Assembly: GCF_035695185.1 (NCBI RefSeq)
Contig: NZ_DASSES010000105.1
Span: 1,107-65,106 of the forward strand
Length of the DNA stretch: 64,000 nucleotides
Origin: Frateuria sp.
GTDB taxonomy: Bacteria > Pseudomonadota > Gammaproteobacteria > Xanthomonadales > Rhodanobacteraceae
Direction: 5' to 3'
Part shown: in pieces, positions 36,464 to 47,502 of the stretch
Layout of the letters: each line of letters opens with the position of its first letter
Numbering within the stretch: position 1 is the stretch's first letter
Position numbers and translations under genes: made by a program
Notes under the pieces: generated by a model
The model's input: only the letters and a program-made list of their open reading frames with translations
Databases searched by the model: none
Told to the model about the DNA's origin: nothing

Positions 36464-37717
36464 ATGTCCGCTACCGCCGCCCACGCACATCCGGCGCCTG
36501 CCCTCGACCTCGAGCGGATCCGCGCCGACTTCCCGCTGCTCGCCCGCAGCGTGCATGGCAAGCCGCTGGTCTACCTGGACAACGCCAATACCAGCCAGAA
36601 GCCCGCGGCCGTGATCGAAGCGGTCGATGCGCACTACCGCCTGCACAACGCCAACGTCTCCCGCGCCGTGCACCAGCTGGGCGAGGAGGCGACCCTCGCC
36701 TACGAGGGCGCGCGCGACAAGCTGGCCCGCTTCATCAATGCGCCCTCGCGCAACGAGCTGGTGCTCACCTCCGGCACGACCCAGGCGATCAACCTGGTCG
36801 CCTACAGCTACGCGCTGCCGCAGCTGCAGCCCGGCGACGCCATCCTCACCACGCTGATGGAGCATCACGCCAACATCGTGCCGTGGCAGCTGGTGGCCGG
36901 GCGCAGTGGCGCCACGGTGAAGTTCGCCCCGATCGACGAACGCGGCCAGCTGGACGTGGAGCGCTACGTCGCGATGCTGACCCCCGAGGTGAAGCTGGCC
37001 TGCGTGGCGCACGTGTCGAACGTACTCGGCACCGTGAACCCGGTGCGCGAGATCGCCCGCGAGTGTGCGCGCCGCGGCATCCCGCTGCTGGTCGACGGTT
37101 CGCAGGCGGTGCCGCACCGTCCGGTCGACGTGCAGGCGCTGGGCTGCGACTTCTACGCCTTCACCGGGCACAAGATGCTCGGCCCGACCGGCACCGGCGC
37201 ACTCTGGGCGCGCCGTGCGCACCTGGATGCGATGCCGCCGTTCTTCGGCGGCGGCGACATGATCCGGCAGGTGCGCGTGGATGGCACCACCTTCGCCGAT
37301 CCGCCGCACAAGTTCGAGGCCGGTACGCCCAACATCGCCGGCTTCGTCGGCCTGGGCGCGGCGGTGGACTACTACCACTCGCTGGACCTGGGTGCGATCC
37401 ACGCCTGGGAGCAGGAGCTGCTTGCCTACGCCACCGCGCGCCTGCGCGAGGTACCGGGGCTGCGGCTGTTCGGGGAGGCGGCGGAGAAGGAGCCGGTGAT
37501 CTCGTTCCTGGTCGAGGGGACGCAGTCGACCGATCTGGCCACGCTGCTGGACCTGGAAGGGGTGGCCGTGCGCTCCGGTCACCACTGCGCCCATCCGCTG
37601 ATGCAGCACTATGGCGTGCCGGCCACGCTGCGCGCCTCGCTGGCCTTCTACAACACCATGGACGAGGTCGACGTGTTCGTCGCGGCGCTGCAGAAGGTGC
37701 GCAAGCTGCTGATGTAG
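36464..37717 (+). CDS. sufS: Cysteine desulfurase SufS (group II)
   Basis: PLVYLDNANTSQKP, PLP-Lys FTGHKMLGPTGTG and catalytic Cys RSGHHCAHPL. ATG 36464 is preferred; GTG 36437 is possible. Confidence 0.93.
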   Translation: MSATAAHAHPAPALDLERIRADFPLLARSVHGKPLVYLDNANTSQKPAAVIEAVDAHYRLHNANVSRAVHQLGEEATLAYEGARDKLARFINAPSRNELVLTSGTTQAINLVAYSYALPQLQPGDAILTTLMEHHANIVPWQLVAGRSGATVKFAPIDERGQLDVERYVAMLTPEVKLACVAHVSNVLGTVNPVREIARECARRGIPLLVDGSQAVPHRPVDVQALGCDFYAFTGHKMLGPTGTGALWARRAHLDAMPPFFGGGDMIRQVRVDGTTFADPPHKFEAGTPNIAGFVGLGAAVDYYHSLDLGAIHAWEQELLAYATARLREVPGLRLFGEAAEKEPVISFLVEGTQSTDLATLLDLEGVAVRSGHHCAHPLMQHYGVPATLRASLAFYNTMDEVDVFVAALQKVRKLLM

Positions 37718-37757
37718 GCCGGGCCCATCGTCGGCGTGATCGGCGGTGGGCTCACGT

Positions 37758-39074
37758 CTATGGATGTGCCGGGGCCACCCGCCAGACGGTATTGCCCACG
37801 TCATCGGCGACCAGCAGCGCACCATCCCGCGCCACCGCCACGCCAACCGGACGCCCCTGTGCGTGCCCATCGTGGTCGACGAAGCCCGTCAGCACGTCCT
37901 GCGGCGGGCCGGCGGGCCGGCCGTCGGCGAACGGCACGAAGATCACCCGGTATCCGCTCCGCGGCTTGCGGTTCCATGAGCCGTGCTGGCCGACGAAGGC
38001 ACCGTTGCGGTACCGCGGCATCGACGGGGCGTCGTAGAACGCCAGGCCGAGCGGGGCGGTGTGGGCGCCCAGTGCGTAGTCGGGTACCACGGCCCGGGCG
38101 ACCCGTGCCGGGTCCTGCGGGCGCACGCGTTCATCCACGTGTGCGCCGTAGTAGCTGTAGGGCCAGCCGTAGAAGGCGCCCCGGCGCACGGCGGTCATGT
38201 AGTCGGGCACCAGGTCGCTGCCCAGCTCGTCGCGTTCGTTGACCGCCACCCACAGCGCACCGCTCTGCGGCTGCCAGGCCATGCCGACCGGGTTGCGCAG
38301 GCCGGTGGCGTAGGCGCGCGTGGCGCCGGTGGCCGGGTCGATTTCGAGGATGCGCGCGCGATCCCGTTCCACGGCCAGGCCGTTCTCGCCCGCGTTGCTG
38401 TTGGAGCCCACGCTGACGTACAGCCGCCTGCCGTCGGGGCTGGCGACCACGTTCTTGGTCCAGTGGTGATTGATCGCTCCGGCGGGCAGGTCGGCGACCT
38501 TGGCGCCGGCAGCGCCGATGCGCGTCTGGCCTTCGCGGTAGGGGAAGCGCAGGAGCGCGTCGGTGTCGGCCACGTACAGCACCTTCCCGACCAGTGCCAT
38601 GCCGAAGGGCGAATGCAGGTGGTCGAGCAGCACGCTGCGGGTCTCGGCCACGCCATCGCCGTCGGCGTCGCGCAGCAGGGTGATGCGGTCGGCGCTGGGC
38701 ACGCCGGCACCCGCGCGCCGCTGGATCCGGCGCATGGCCCAGCCCTTCAGTCCCCTGGCGTCTTCCGGTCGCGGCGGCGCGTTGGTCTCGGCCACCAGCA
38801 CGTCGCCGTCGGGCAGCACATAGAGCCAGCGCGGATGGTCCAGGTCGCGCGCGAAGGCCCGCACCGTCAGGCCGGGCGCGGCGATGGGCCGGGCACCCGG
38901 TCGCCAGCCCCGGGCCGGAGCGATATTCACCGTGGGAAGCAGCGAACGGGCGGGCGGTGGCAGCACCGGGTCGGGACCGATGCCCGCCGCCAGCGGCAGG
39001 CGCGCGCGGACGCCGCAGGCGGTCAGCATCAGCAGGCAGGGAAACAGCCACAGCGGGCGGTGGATCGGTGGCAT
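37758..39074 (-). CDS. PQQ-dependent sugar dehydrogenase (sorbosone/soluble aldose dehydrogenase family), periplasmic
   Basis: Start at ATG 39074 ([21 protein letters not shown], a lipobox). A beta-propeller with [12 protein letters not shown] and GWPYSYYG. The track ORF extends to 39476. Confidence 0.85.
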   Translation of the reverse strand: MPPIHRPLWLFPCLLMLTACGVRARLPLAAGIGPDPVLPPPARSLLPTVNIAPARGWRPGARPIAAPGLTVRAFARDLDHPRWLYVLPDGDVLVAETNAPPRPEDARGLKGWAMRRIQRRAGAGVPSADRITLLRDADGDGVAETRSVLLDHLHSPFGMALVGKVLYVADTDALLRFPYREGQTRIGAAGAKVADLPAGAINHHWTKNVVASPDGRRLYVSVGSNSNAGENGLAVERDRARILEIDPATGATRAYATGLRNPVGMAWQPQSGALWVAVNERDELGSDLVPDYMTAVRRGAFYGWPYSYYGAHVDERVRPQDPARVARAVVPDYALGAHTAPLGLAFYDAPSMPRYRNGAFVGQHGSWNRKPRSGYRVIFVPFADGRPAGPPQDVLTGFVDHDGHAQGRPVGVAVARDGALLVADDVGNTVWRVAPAHP

Positions 39075-39184
39075 CCGGGAAACCTCCAGGGAGGCCCAGT
39101 GGAAGCATTCCGGGAGCAAGCCGGCGTGAACCGCGGCCTGTCCCAGGTCATCGTCCCTAGCGTGCCCGTCGCTATCATGTACGC

Positions 39185-39733
39185 ATGACCACGTCTTCCC
39201 AGCCCACCTACCGCATGGCCACCGCGGCCGACATTCCCGCCATCGTCGCCCTGGTCGAATCGGCCTATCGCGGGGAGTCGGGCCGACGCGGATGGACCAC
39301 CGAATCGGACCTCCTGGACGGCCAGCGCACCGACGCGGCCGGCGTCGCCGACGCCTTGTCCCGCCCCGGCAGTTGCATCCTGCTGCTGGAGCACGACGGG
39401 CAACCGCTCGCCAGTTGCCAGCTCGAGCGCAAGGGCGAGGCCGCGTACTTCGGGATGTTCGCGGTCGATCCCGCACGGCAGGCCGGGGGCTTGGGCAAGC
39501 GGCTGCTGGGCGAAGCCGAGCGGCTCGCGCGGGAGGATTGGGGGTGCCGCCTGATGGAAATGACCGTCATCGTGCAGCGCGAGGAACTGATCGCCTGGTA
39601 TGAACGCCGCGGCTATCGGCGTACCGGCCAGTTCGCGCCGTTCCCCTACGGCGACGAGCGTTTCGGCATCCCGCGTCGCGGCGACCTGCGCTTCGAGGTG
39701 CTGGTGAAGCGACTGGCCGGGGAGGCGGCATGA
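39185..39733 (+). CDS. GNAT family N-acetyltransferase
   Basis: [20 protein letters not shown] matches the acetyl-CoA binding Q/RxxGxG motif. Confidence 0.85.
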   Translation: MTTSSQPTYRMATAADIPAIVALVESAYRGESGRRGWTTESDLLDGQRTDAAGVADALSRPGSCILLLEHDGQPLASCQLERKGEAAYFGMFAVDPARQAGGLGKRLLGEAERLAREDWGCRLMEMTVIVQREELIAWYERRGYRRTGQFAPFPYGDERFGIPRRGDLRFEVLVKRLAGEAA

Positions 39734-40056
39734 GTCCGGCGGCCGGGGGCTGGGTCCGCGTGTGCCGGCAGGGCGAGTTGCTGCCGGGCGAGTTCAAGCT
39801 GGTCTTCGACGGCGACACGCCGATCGCGGTCTACAACATCGATGGGGCTTACTACGCGATCGAGGACACCTGCACCCATGACGGCGGCGACCTCGCCGGT
39901 GGCGAGGTGTTCGGCTTCGAGGTCGAATGTCCCCGGCATGGTGCTCGCTTCGACGTGCGCACCGGCGCCGTGACCCGTCCGCCGGCGTACGAACCGATCG
40001 CCAGCTTCCCGGTGCGCGAGGACGAAGGCGCCATCTGGACCCGCGACGACCGCTGA
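39730..40056 (+). CDS. Rieske [2Fe-2S] ferredoxin-like protein
   Basis: CTHDGGDL (CxH) and CPRHGARF (CxxH). Its start overlaps the GNAT stop by 4 nt. Confidence 0.9.
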   Translation: MSPAAGGWVRVCRQGELLPGEFKLVFDGDTPIAVYNIDGAYYAIEDTCTHDGGDLAGGEVFGFEVECPRHGARFDVRTGAVTRPPAYEPIASFPVREDEGAIWTRDDR

Positions 40057-40195
40057 AACGCGCCGCGATTCGAACCTCCTTTCCTCCGCAGGGGGGGCGG
40101 TTTCACGCCCGGCCGGTAGCGAGGACGGGCCAGCGGGCACGGGGCCGGTGCCGGCCCGCGCCGGTTGCAGGAGCCCCCGGATACCGGTCCGCTGG

Positions 40196-41671
40196 CTAGT
40201 CCTCTTCCACCTCGGGCAGCGGCACGGCGAGGTGGCAGGTCAGGCCGCTTTCGCGGTAGTCGATGCTCACCGCGCCGTTGCGCGACGGATTGAGGCTGCG
40301 TTCGATCAGCCGGGTGCCGAAGCCCTTGTGGGTCGGCGGCTGGACCGGCGGGCCGTCGTGTTCGATCCAGTCCAGATGCAGGATGCGCCGGCCGTTCGTC
40401 TCGCCGACGCGCCAGTGGATGCGCACGCCGCCGCCGCATTCCCCCAGGGCGCCGTACTTGATCGCGTTGGTGGCCAGTTCGTGCAGCGCCAGCGCGAAGG
40501 ACAACGCGTTCTGTGGCGACAGCCGCACGGGTGGCCCCTCGATCTCGAAGCGCTCGCTGCCCCGGAAGTTGTGCGACTGGGCCATCTGCTCGACCAGGTC
40601 GCCCAGCAGGGCGCTGTGCCAGTGCTCGCGGGTGAGCACGTCGTGCGCATGCGAGAGCGAGATCAGGCGCGCGTTGAACACCTCGGCCGCGGCCTCCACC
40701 GAGTCCGCGTTGCTGAACGACTGCGCGGCCAGGGACTGCACGATCGCCAGGGTGTTTTTCACCCGGTGGTTGAGCTCGTTGATCATGATCCGCTGTTGTT
40801 GCTCGGCCAGTTTTCGCTCGTGCACGTCCACGATCAGGCCGGCGAAATAGGTCGGTCGGCCGTCCGCCCCGCGTTGGCAGCGCCCGGAGCCTTCCACCCA
40901 GAGGTACTCGTCGCCGGATCTTTGAATGCGGTACTGGCAGCGGTAGGGCAGGCCGCGGCTGACCGTCTCGTGCACGCGCACCTCGACCTCAGGCAGGTCA
41001 TGCGGATGGATGCGCTCGAAGAAGCGCTCGATCGGCAGGCCGGCGGCGGCCTCCACCGGGTCGACTGCGAAGATGCGCGCAAGGCGGTGGTCGACGACGA
41101 CCCGGTCGTTCGGCACGTCCCACATCCAGGTACCGAGGACGGCGCCGGCGTCCAGCGCCAGCTCGACCTGCTCGCGTGCGCGATGGTAGGCGCGCTCGGC
41201 CTTCACGCGCGCGGTGGTTTCCACCACGGTGGCGAGGAACCCGCGCGGCACCCCCGCGGCGTCGCGCAGCGGGGTGTAGTCCAGGTCGAGCCAGACGTCC
41301 TCGGCATGGCCGTTGCGGAACAGGACCAGCGGCTGGTCCTTGTAGGACAGCGCCTGCCCCGCCAGGGTGGCGGCCAGCACGTGCTGGTTGAACTCCGCTA
41401 CTTCCGGCCAGGCCGCCAGCACGTTCAGCCCCAGCAGGTAGGGGTGTCGCCCGCCGGCGAATTCCGCATAGGCGTCGTTGTAGATCAACTGCGCATCCGG
41501 GCCCCACACCATCACCATCGGCAGGTTGGACGACAGGATGAGGTCGACCATGGTGCGCAACGGCTGGGGCCAGGTCGCGATCGGGCCCAGTGCGGTGGCG
41601 CCCCAGTCATGGAGGCGTACCCGTTCTTTCATGCCTGGTTCGTTCGGCGTCCGTTCGCTTTGCTCTTCCAT
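40196..41671 (-). CDS. PAS-domain sensor histidine kinase of the HWE/HisKA_2 type (cytoplasmic, orphan)
   Basis: Two PAS-like regions are followed by the H-box INELNHRVKNTLAIVQSLAAQS and the ATPase region HELATNAIKYGAL...GFGTRLIE. The start is taken at ATG 41671, which is uncertain. Confidence 0.85.
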   Translation of the reverse strand: MEEQSERTPNEPGMKERVRLHDWGATALGPIATWPQPLRTMVDLILSSNLPMVMVWGPDAQLIYNDAYAEFAGGRHPYLLGLNVLAAWPEVAEFNQHVLAATLAGQALSYKDQPLVLFRNGHAEDVWLDLDYTPLRDAAGVPRGFLATVVETTARVKAERAYHRAREQVELALDAGAVLGTWMWDVPNDRVVVDHRLARIFAVDPVEAAAGLPIERFFERIHPHDLPEVEVRVHETVSRGLPYRCQYRIQRSGDEYLWVEGSGRCQRGADGRPTYFAGLIVDVHERKLAEQQQRIMINELNHRVKNTLAIVQSLAAQSFSNADSVEAAAEVFNARLISLSHAHDVLTREHWHSALLGDLVEQMAQSHNFRGSERFEIEGPPVRLSPQNALSFALALHELATNAIKYGALGECGGGVRIHWRVGETNGRRILHLDWIEHDGPPVQPPTHKGFGTRLIERSLNPSRNGAVSIDYRESGLTCHLAVPLPEVEED

Positions 41672-41827
41672 GGGGTGGCTTTGTTGTTGGTCTTCCACGT
41701 AAGGCGCGCCCGATGCATGGCATGGTTGCGGCCGCCCGGGGGCGCCGGCGGAGGGTCCGCACTGCAAAGCTTAGTGCCCCGGCGCGGCCGTGCGGTTCCC
41801 CGCTGCCGGGAATGTGATGTGGCCGGC

Positions 41828-43708
<1,881 letters not shown>

Positions 43709-43805
43709 TCATCCCGTGAGACTGGCGTTTGCGATACTCGGAAAGCACCGGGCGGGTGTAAGCCGCCCGTCGTGCTGTCCGTTCTTCCGCTGGAGCCCCA
43801 CCCGC

Positions 43806-45083
43806 ATGACCCGACGATCCGGAAGCGCCGACCTGCCGCTGCATGGCGGGCGCGTGCCGCGCTGGCTGGCAGACCGGATGACCCGGTTGGGCGCACTGAT
43901 GGCCGAGGCGATCGTGCGCGAGTACGGCCGCGACGAGTTCCTGCGCCGCCTGGCGCATCCGTTCTGGTTCCAGTCCTTCGGTGCGGTGATGGGAATGGAC
44001 TGGCATTCCTCCGGCATCACCACCAGCGTGATCGGCGCGCTCAAGCGCGGCCTGGCGCCGCTGGCGAACGAGCTGGGCATCCACGTCTGCGGCGGGCGCG
44101 GCAAGCATTCGCGTGCCACGCCGGGCGAGCTGGTGGCGATCGGCGAGAAGGTCGGCTTCGATGGTGCCGCGCTGGCGGGCGCGAGCCGCCTGGTGGCCAA
44201 GGTGGACAGCGCCGCGGTGCAGGACGGGTTCGACCTCTACCTGCACGGCTTCGTGGTGACCGACGATGGCCGGTGGGTGGTGATCCAGCAGGGCATGAAC
44301 GGCGAGCGCCGGCAGGCGCGGCGCTACCACTGGCTGTCGGAGAACCTGAAGAGCTTCGTCGACGACCCGCACGCGGCGGTCGACGGGCCTGCACAGGGGC
44401 AGATCGTCAACCTGGCCGACCACCGCGCGCAGGCCTCGCGCCTGGCGCAACTGGAGCTGCTGCAGACGCTCGGACCGGACGGCATCGCACGCGAGTTCGT
44501 GCAGATCGAAGGCAAGGCGGCGCCCGTGCCGCCGGTCGAGGCCCCCCTGCAACTCGGCCTGCTGCCGCATCTGTCGATGCCCGACCACCACGACGTGCGC
44601 GGCAGCGACGTCGTCGCACGCCGCCTGCATGGTGCGCTCGCCGCCGCGGCCGAAAACGGACCGCGCGATTTCACCGAACTGCTGCAGGTGCCGGGCATCG
44701 GCGCGCGCACCGTGCGCGCGCTGGCGATGGTGGCCGAGGTGGTCCACGGCGCGCCCTGCCGTTTCAGCGATCCGGCGCGTTTTTCGCTGGCGCACGGCGG
44801 CAAGGACCGCCACCCGTTCCCGGTCCCCACGCGCGTCTACGACCACACCATCGGCGTGCTCAGGTCCGCGGTGGAGAACGCCAGGCTCGGCCGCGACGAA
44901 CAACTGGCGGCAGTCAAGCGGCTCGACGAGCAGGCGCGGCGGCTGGAGCGGTACGCCAGCGGCCCGTCGGTCGAGCAGTACATCGCCGGGGAACGCCTGC
45001 GCTCGCACGAGTATGGCGGGCGCAGCGTGTTCGGTTGGGAGCCTCCCGCGGCAGTGCCGGTCGCCCGGAAAAAGGCATCCTGA
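43806..45083 (+). CDS. DUF763 domain protein
   Basis: Start at ATG 43806 (MTRRSGSADLPLHGGRVPRWLADRMTRLG...FQSFGAVMGMDWHSSGITTSV...). The sequence pattern is that of DUF763, as I recall it. Confidence 0.7.
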   Translation: MTRRSGSADLPLHGGRVPRWLADRMTRLGALMAEAIVREYGRDEFLRRLAHPFWFQSFGAVMGMDWHSSGITTSVIGALKRGLAPLANELGIHVCGGRGKHSRATPGELVAIGEKVGFDGAALAGASRLVAKVDSAAVQDGFDLYLHGFVVTDDGRWVVIQQGMNGERRQARRYHWLSENLKSFVDDPHAAVDGPAQGQIVNLADHRAQASRLAQLELLQTLGPDGIAREFVQIEGKAAPVPPVEAPLQLGLLPHLSMPDHHDVRGSDVVARRLHGALAAAAENGPRDFTELLQVPGIGARTVRALAMVAEVVHGAPCRFSDPARFSLAHGGKDRHPFPVPTRVYDHTIGVLRSAVENARLGRDEQLAAVKRLDEQARRLERYASGPSVEQYIAGERLRSHEYGGRSVFGWEPPAAVPVARKKAS

Positions 45084-45290
45084 CGCCTGCGCAGGGCTCG
45101 GGGTCGGCCTTGCCGATTCACATGCCCGGCGACATACGCCGGTGGTTCGGCAGCACCGGTGGCCGTGTGGTCATCATGGAGACGGGCACGAGCGAGCGGC
45201 TGCCGGCCGCGAGGCCTGCGCGTGCGTCGTTTCGGTACGGCTCCGCCCAGGTCGTGGCGCTGGAGGCGCCGGCCTCCGCGCCGCCGGGCA

Positions 45291-45464
45291 TCAGTCCCGG
45301 TTCCTGGGCGCGTCGCTGTCGTAGCGGCGCTGCAGGCGATGCGTTTCCTGATCGAGCTCGGTTTCCACCTCGTCGCCCCGCGCGGTCTTCGCCTGGCCTG
45401 TCCGATCGCGATCCAGCTCGCGGCGTGCGTCGGTGTCCCGCGGCGGCTGCTTGTTCTGGCTCAT
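45291..45464 (-). CDS. Small highly charged protein (57 aa), hypothetical
   Basis: A strong SD (GGAGGAGA) lies 6 nt upstream of ATG 45464. The sequence is MSQNKQPPRDTDARRELDRDRTGQAKTARGDEVETELDQETHRLQRRYDSDAPRNRD. Confidence 0.55.
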   Translation of the reverse strand: MSQNKQPPRDTDARRELDRDRTGQAKTARGDEVETELDQETHRLQRRYDSDAPRNRD

Positions 45465-45534
45465 CACGTGTCTCCTCCGGTTGCAGGAAACCGTTGTACC
45501 GCCACGTGCGTCGGCCGCCCGTGGAGGCTCGGGC

Positions 45535-46650
45535 TCAGCCGCGCGGGGATTGCGCCAGGCAGCGCCGGTAGCGCCCGTCGACGCGCCTGGCGAACCATGC
45601 GGTGGTGAGCTTGCGGGTGATCTTCGGGCTTTCCAGCCGGATGCGCGGCAGCATGGCGCGCGGCAGCGGCTTGCGCGCGGTGGCTTCAGCCAGGGCGAAC
45701 ACGCGCGCGTACAGGTCCGTGCGGGTGAAGTCCGGGGACTCGCCTTCGGCCAGCGCATCATGGATGTCGCCCGGCTCCAGCTCCAGGCGCCCGGCGAGGG
45801 TGCGCGCGGCCCGTTCGGTGGCCCCGAGCCCGCCGTCATAGCGGATCAGGTCGCCGTCGAAATCCAGCGGAATGCCGGAGGCCGTGCTCAGCGCCTGCTG
45901 GAACGCCGCGTTGCGGCTGGCATACCAGCCGGCGTTGTAGTCGGCGAAGCGGTAGAGCATCTGCGGGTAATCGGCCGGGTAGGCGAGCAGGTGGGCGATG
46001 CCGAAGTACAGACCGCCGCGCCGGCTGAACACCTCGTGGCGGATCGAACCGTCGAGCGCGTAGGGGTAGGGGTGCCGGTTCGCGTAATCCTCGGCGAAGG
46101 CCACGCTCACCTGCATCGGACCGCCGGTGTGTATCGGGTTGTCGTCGCCGAGCAGGCGGCGCCCGAGCGGCACCATGCCGATGAAGTCCTCGTACAGGCG
46201 GCTCAGTTCGCGTTCGGTGCGGACGGCAGCCAGGCGGTCGCCGTAGCTCCTGCCGTCCGGTGACTTCAGCGCCAGCGCCGCACGGACCAGGAATTGCGGG
46301 ACGTGGTGCTGCGCGGCGCGGCGGTCGATCTCCTTGCGCGCGATCCGGCCCAGGCCGGGCACCACCGGGTCGGCGTGATAGCCGGATTCCTGCGCGGCGA
46401 CGGCGAGGGTCGCGCAGAGATTGCTGGCGGTCGGCGGCATGTCCAGCGCGGAAAACGCGGCGTAGATGTCGGTCGCCCAGCCCTGGCGGTCCGCGGTATC
46501 GGCGGGCAGCAGGTGCACGATCTGCGCGCGCACCTCGTCGGGGCGGCGCTGCGGTGCCTCCACCCGCGGGCGTGCGCAGCCGGCGAGCAGGGCCAGCAGC
46601 GCAAGCAGGACGACGGAGCGGGAGGGGGGTCGCAGTCGCATTCCGGCCAT
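45535..46650 (-). CDS. DUF1615 lipoprotein
   Basis: The lipobox is LLALLAGC. The sequence reads ...CATLAVAAQESGYHADPVVPGL...PIHTGGPMQVSVAFAE...YRFADYNAGWYASRNAAFQ. The start is 46650 or 46641. Confidence 0.75.
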   Translation of the reverse strand: MAGMRLRPPSRSVVLLALLALLAGCARPRVEAPQRRPDEVRAQIVHLLPADTADRQGWATDIYAAFSALDMPPTASNLCATLAVAAQESGYHADPVVPGLGRIARKEIDRRAAQHHVPQFLVRAALALKSPDGRSYGDRLAAVRTERELSRLYEDFIGMVPLGRRLLGDDNPIHTGGPMQVSVAFAEDYANRHPYPYALDGSIRHEVFSRRGGLYFGIAHLLAYPADYPQMLYRFADYNAGWYASRNAAFQQALSTASGIPLDFDGDLIRYDGGLGATERAARTLAGRLELEPGDIHDALAEGESPDFTRTDLYARVFALAEATARKPLPRAMLPRIRLESPKITRKLTTAWFARRVDGRYRRCLAQSPRG

Positions 46651-46746
46651 TCTGCGGTAGCGCCCGCCAATGGTGACTGAAGCCCTCGGCGGCGCCCGAC
46701 CCGTGACGCCGGGCGGACGGCCCTGCACGCATGGCCCGGAGCGACC

Positions 46747-47067
46747 CTATGATGGCCGGTCGGCCTGGCGCCTGCGTCGTTTCCAGCGCAGCCACTGGCG
46801 TTCGAGCGCGACCAGCGACCAGCGCGTCGGGCGGCGCAGGAACGGCAGATCCTGGGCAAGCAGCAGTACGCCCAGCGGCAACATCCACAGTCCCAGCAGC
46901 GGCAGGAAGCTGAACAGTCCGGCCACGATCAGCAACAGGCCCACCGGGATGCGCACCCAGCGGGACGAGGGCGCGCGCAACCATCGCAGCGGGCCCGCGA
47001 TCCAGCGGGGCAGGCGACGCTCGAAGCGATCCAGATGGTGGTTGAGGCGGTCGGCGTCTTTGATCAC
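46747..47067 (-). CDS. Small two-TM membrane protein (possibly PGPGW-like)
   Basis: 106 aa. VRIPVGLLLIVAGLFSFLPLLGLWMLPLGVLLLAQDLPFLRR is flanked by basic termini. Confidence 0.55.
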   Translation of the reverse strand: MIKDADRLNHHLDRFERRLPRWIAGPLRWLRAPSSRWVRIPVGLLLIVAGLFSFLPLLGLWMLPLGVLLLAQDLPFLRRPTRWSLVALERQWLRWKRRRRQADRPS

Positions 47068-47143
47068 CCAAGGCTCCGGTGCAGGCTGCCGGCCATTCGA
47101 CTACGCGCCGGGGGGAAAGGCCAGCGTGGCGGCGGTCGATGGT

Positions 47144-47302
47144 TCAGCGTCGGCCGCGCATGAGGCGGATCATCCAGCCCATGCCCGCGATGCCCACGAC
47201 CAGGCCGACGCCGGTGCCCCACAGGGCGCCGGCCGTGCCGTTGACGGCGTAGCCGATACCGAAGCCCAGCAGGAAGAACAGCGGAACGGGAAGGCAGCCC
47301 AT
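47144..47302 (-). CDS. 52-aa Gly-rich two-TM mini-protein (below the ORF-track length cutoff)
   Basis: Hand translation gives MGCLPVPLFFLLGFGIGYAVNGTAGALWGTGVGLVVGIAGMGWMIRLMRGRR*. It occupies an otherwise empty spacer. No clear SD was seen. Confidence 0.4.
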   Translation of the reverse strand: MGCLPVPLFFLLGFGIGYAVNGTAGALWGTGVGLVVGIAGMGWMIRLMRGRR

Positions 47303-47502
47303 GGGGTCAAGAGGTGGGCGCGGCCGACGCCGTCTTCAACCGCGCTGATCCTCTCGGGGGGCTGGCCGGACCCGGCCCCCGGGCAGCCCGGCGAGAACCG
47401 CCCACGCGGCGGGCATGCCAAACAGTTCACACGGGCGTGGGTGGCGATCCGGGCAGGCGCCCGGTTTGGTTAGTATCGGACTACTTTGCGGGGAGACGTG
47501 CC

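Noticed and set aside
39185-40056. GNAT acetyltransferase plus overlapping small gene as a GNAT-type toxin-antitoxin pair
   Set aside because: The partner is a Rieske [2Fe-2S] protein, not an RHH/Xre antitoxin, and the GNAT lacks the features of TacT/AtaT-type toxins. The overlap merely indicates co-translation.
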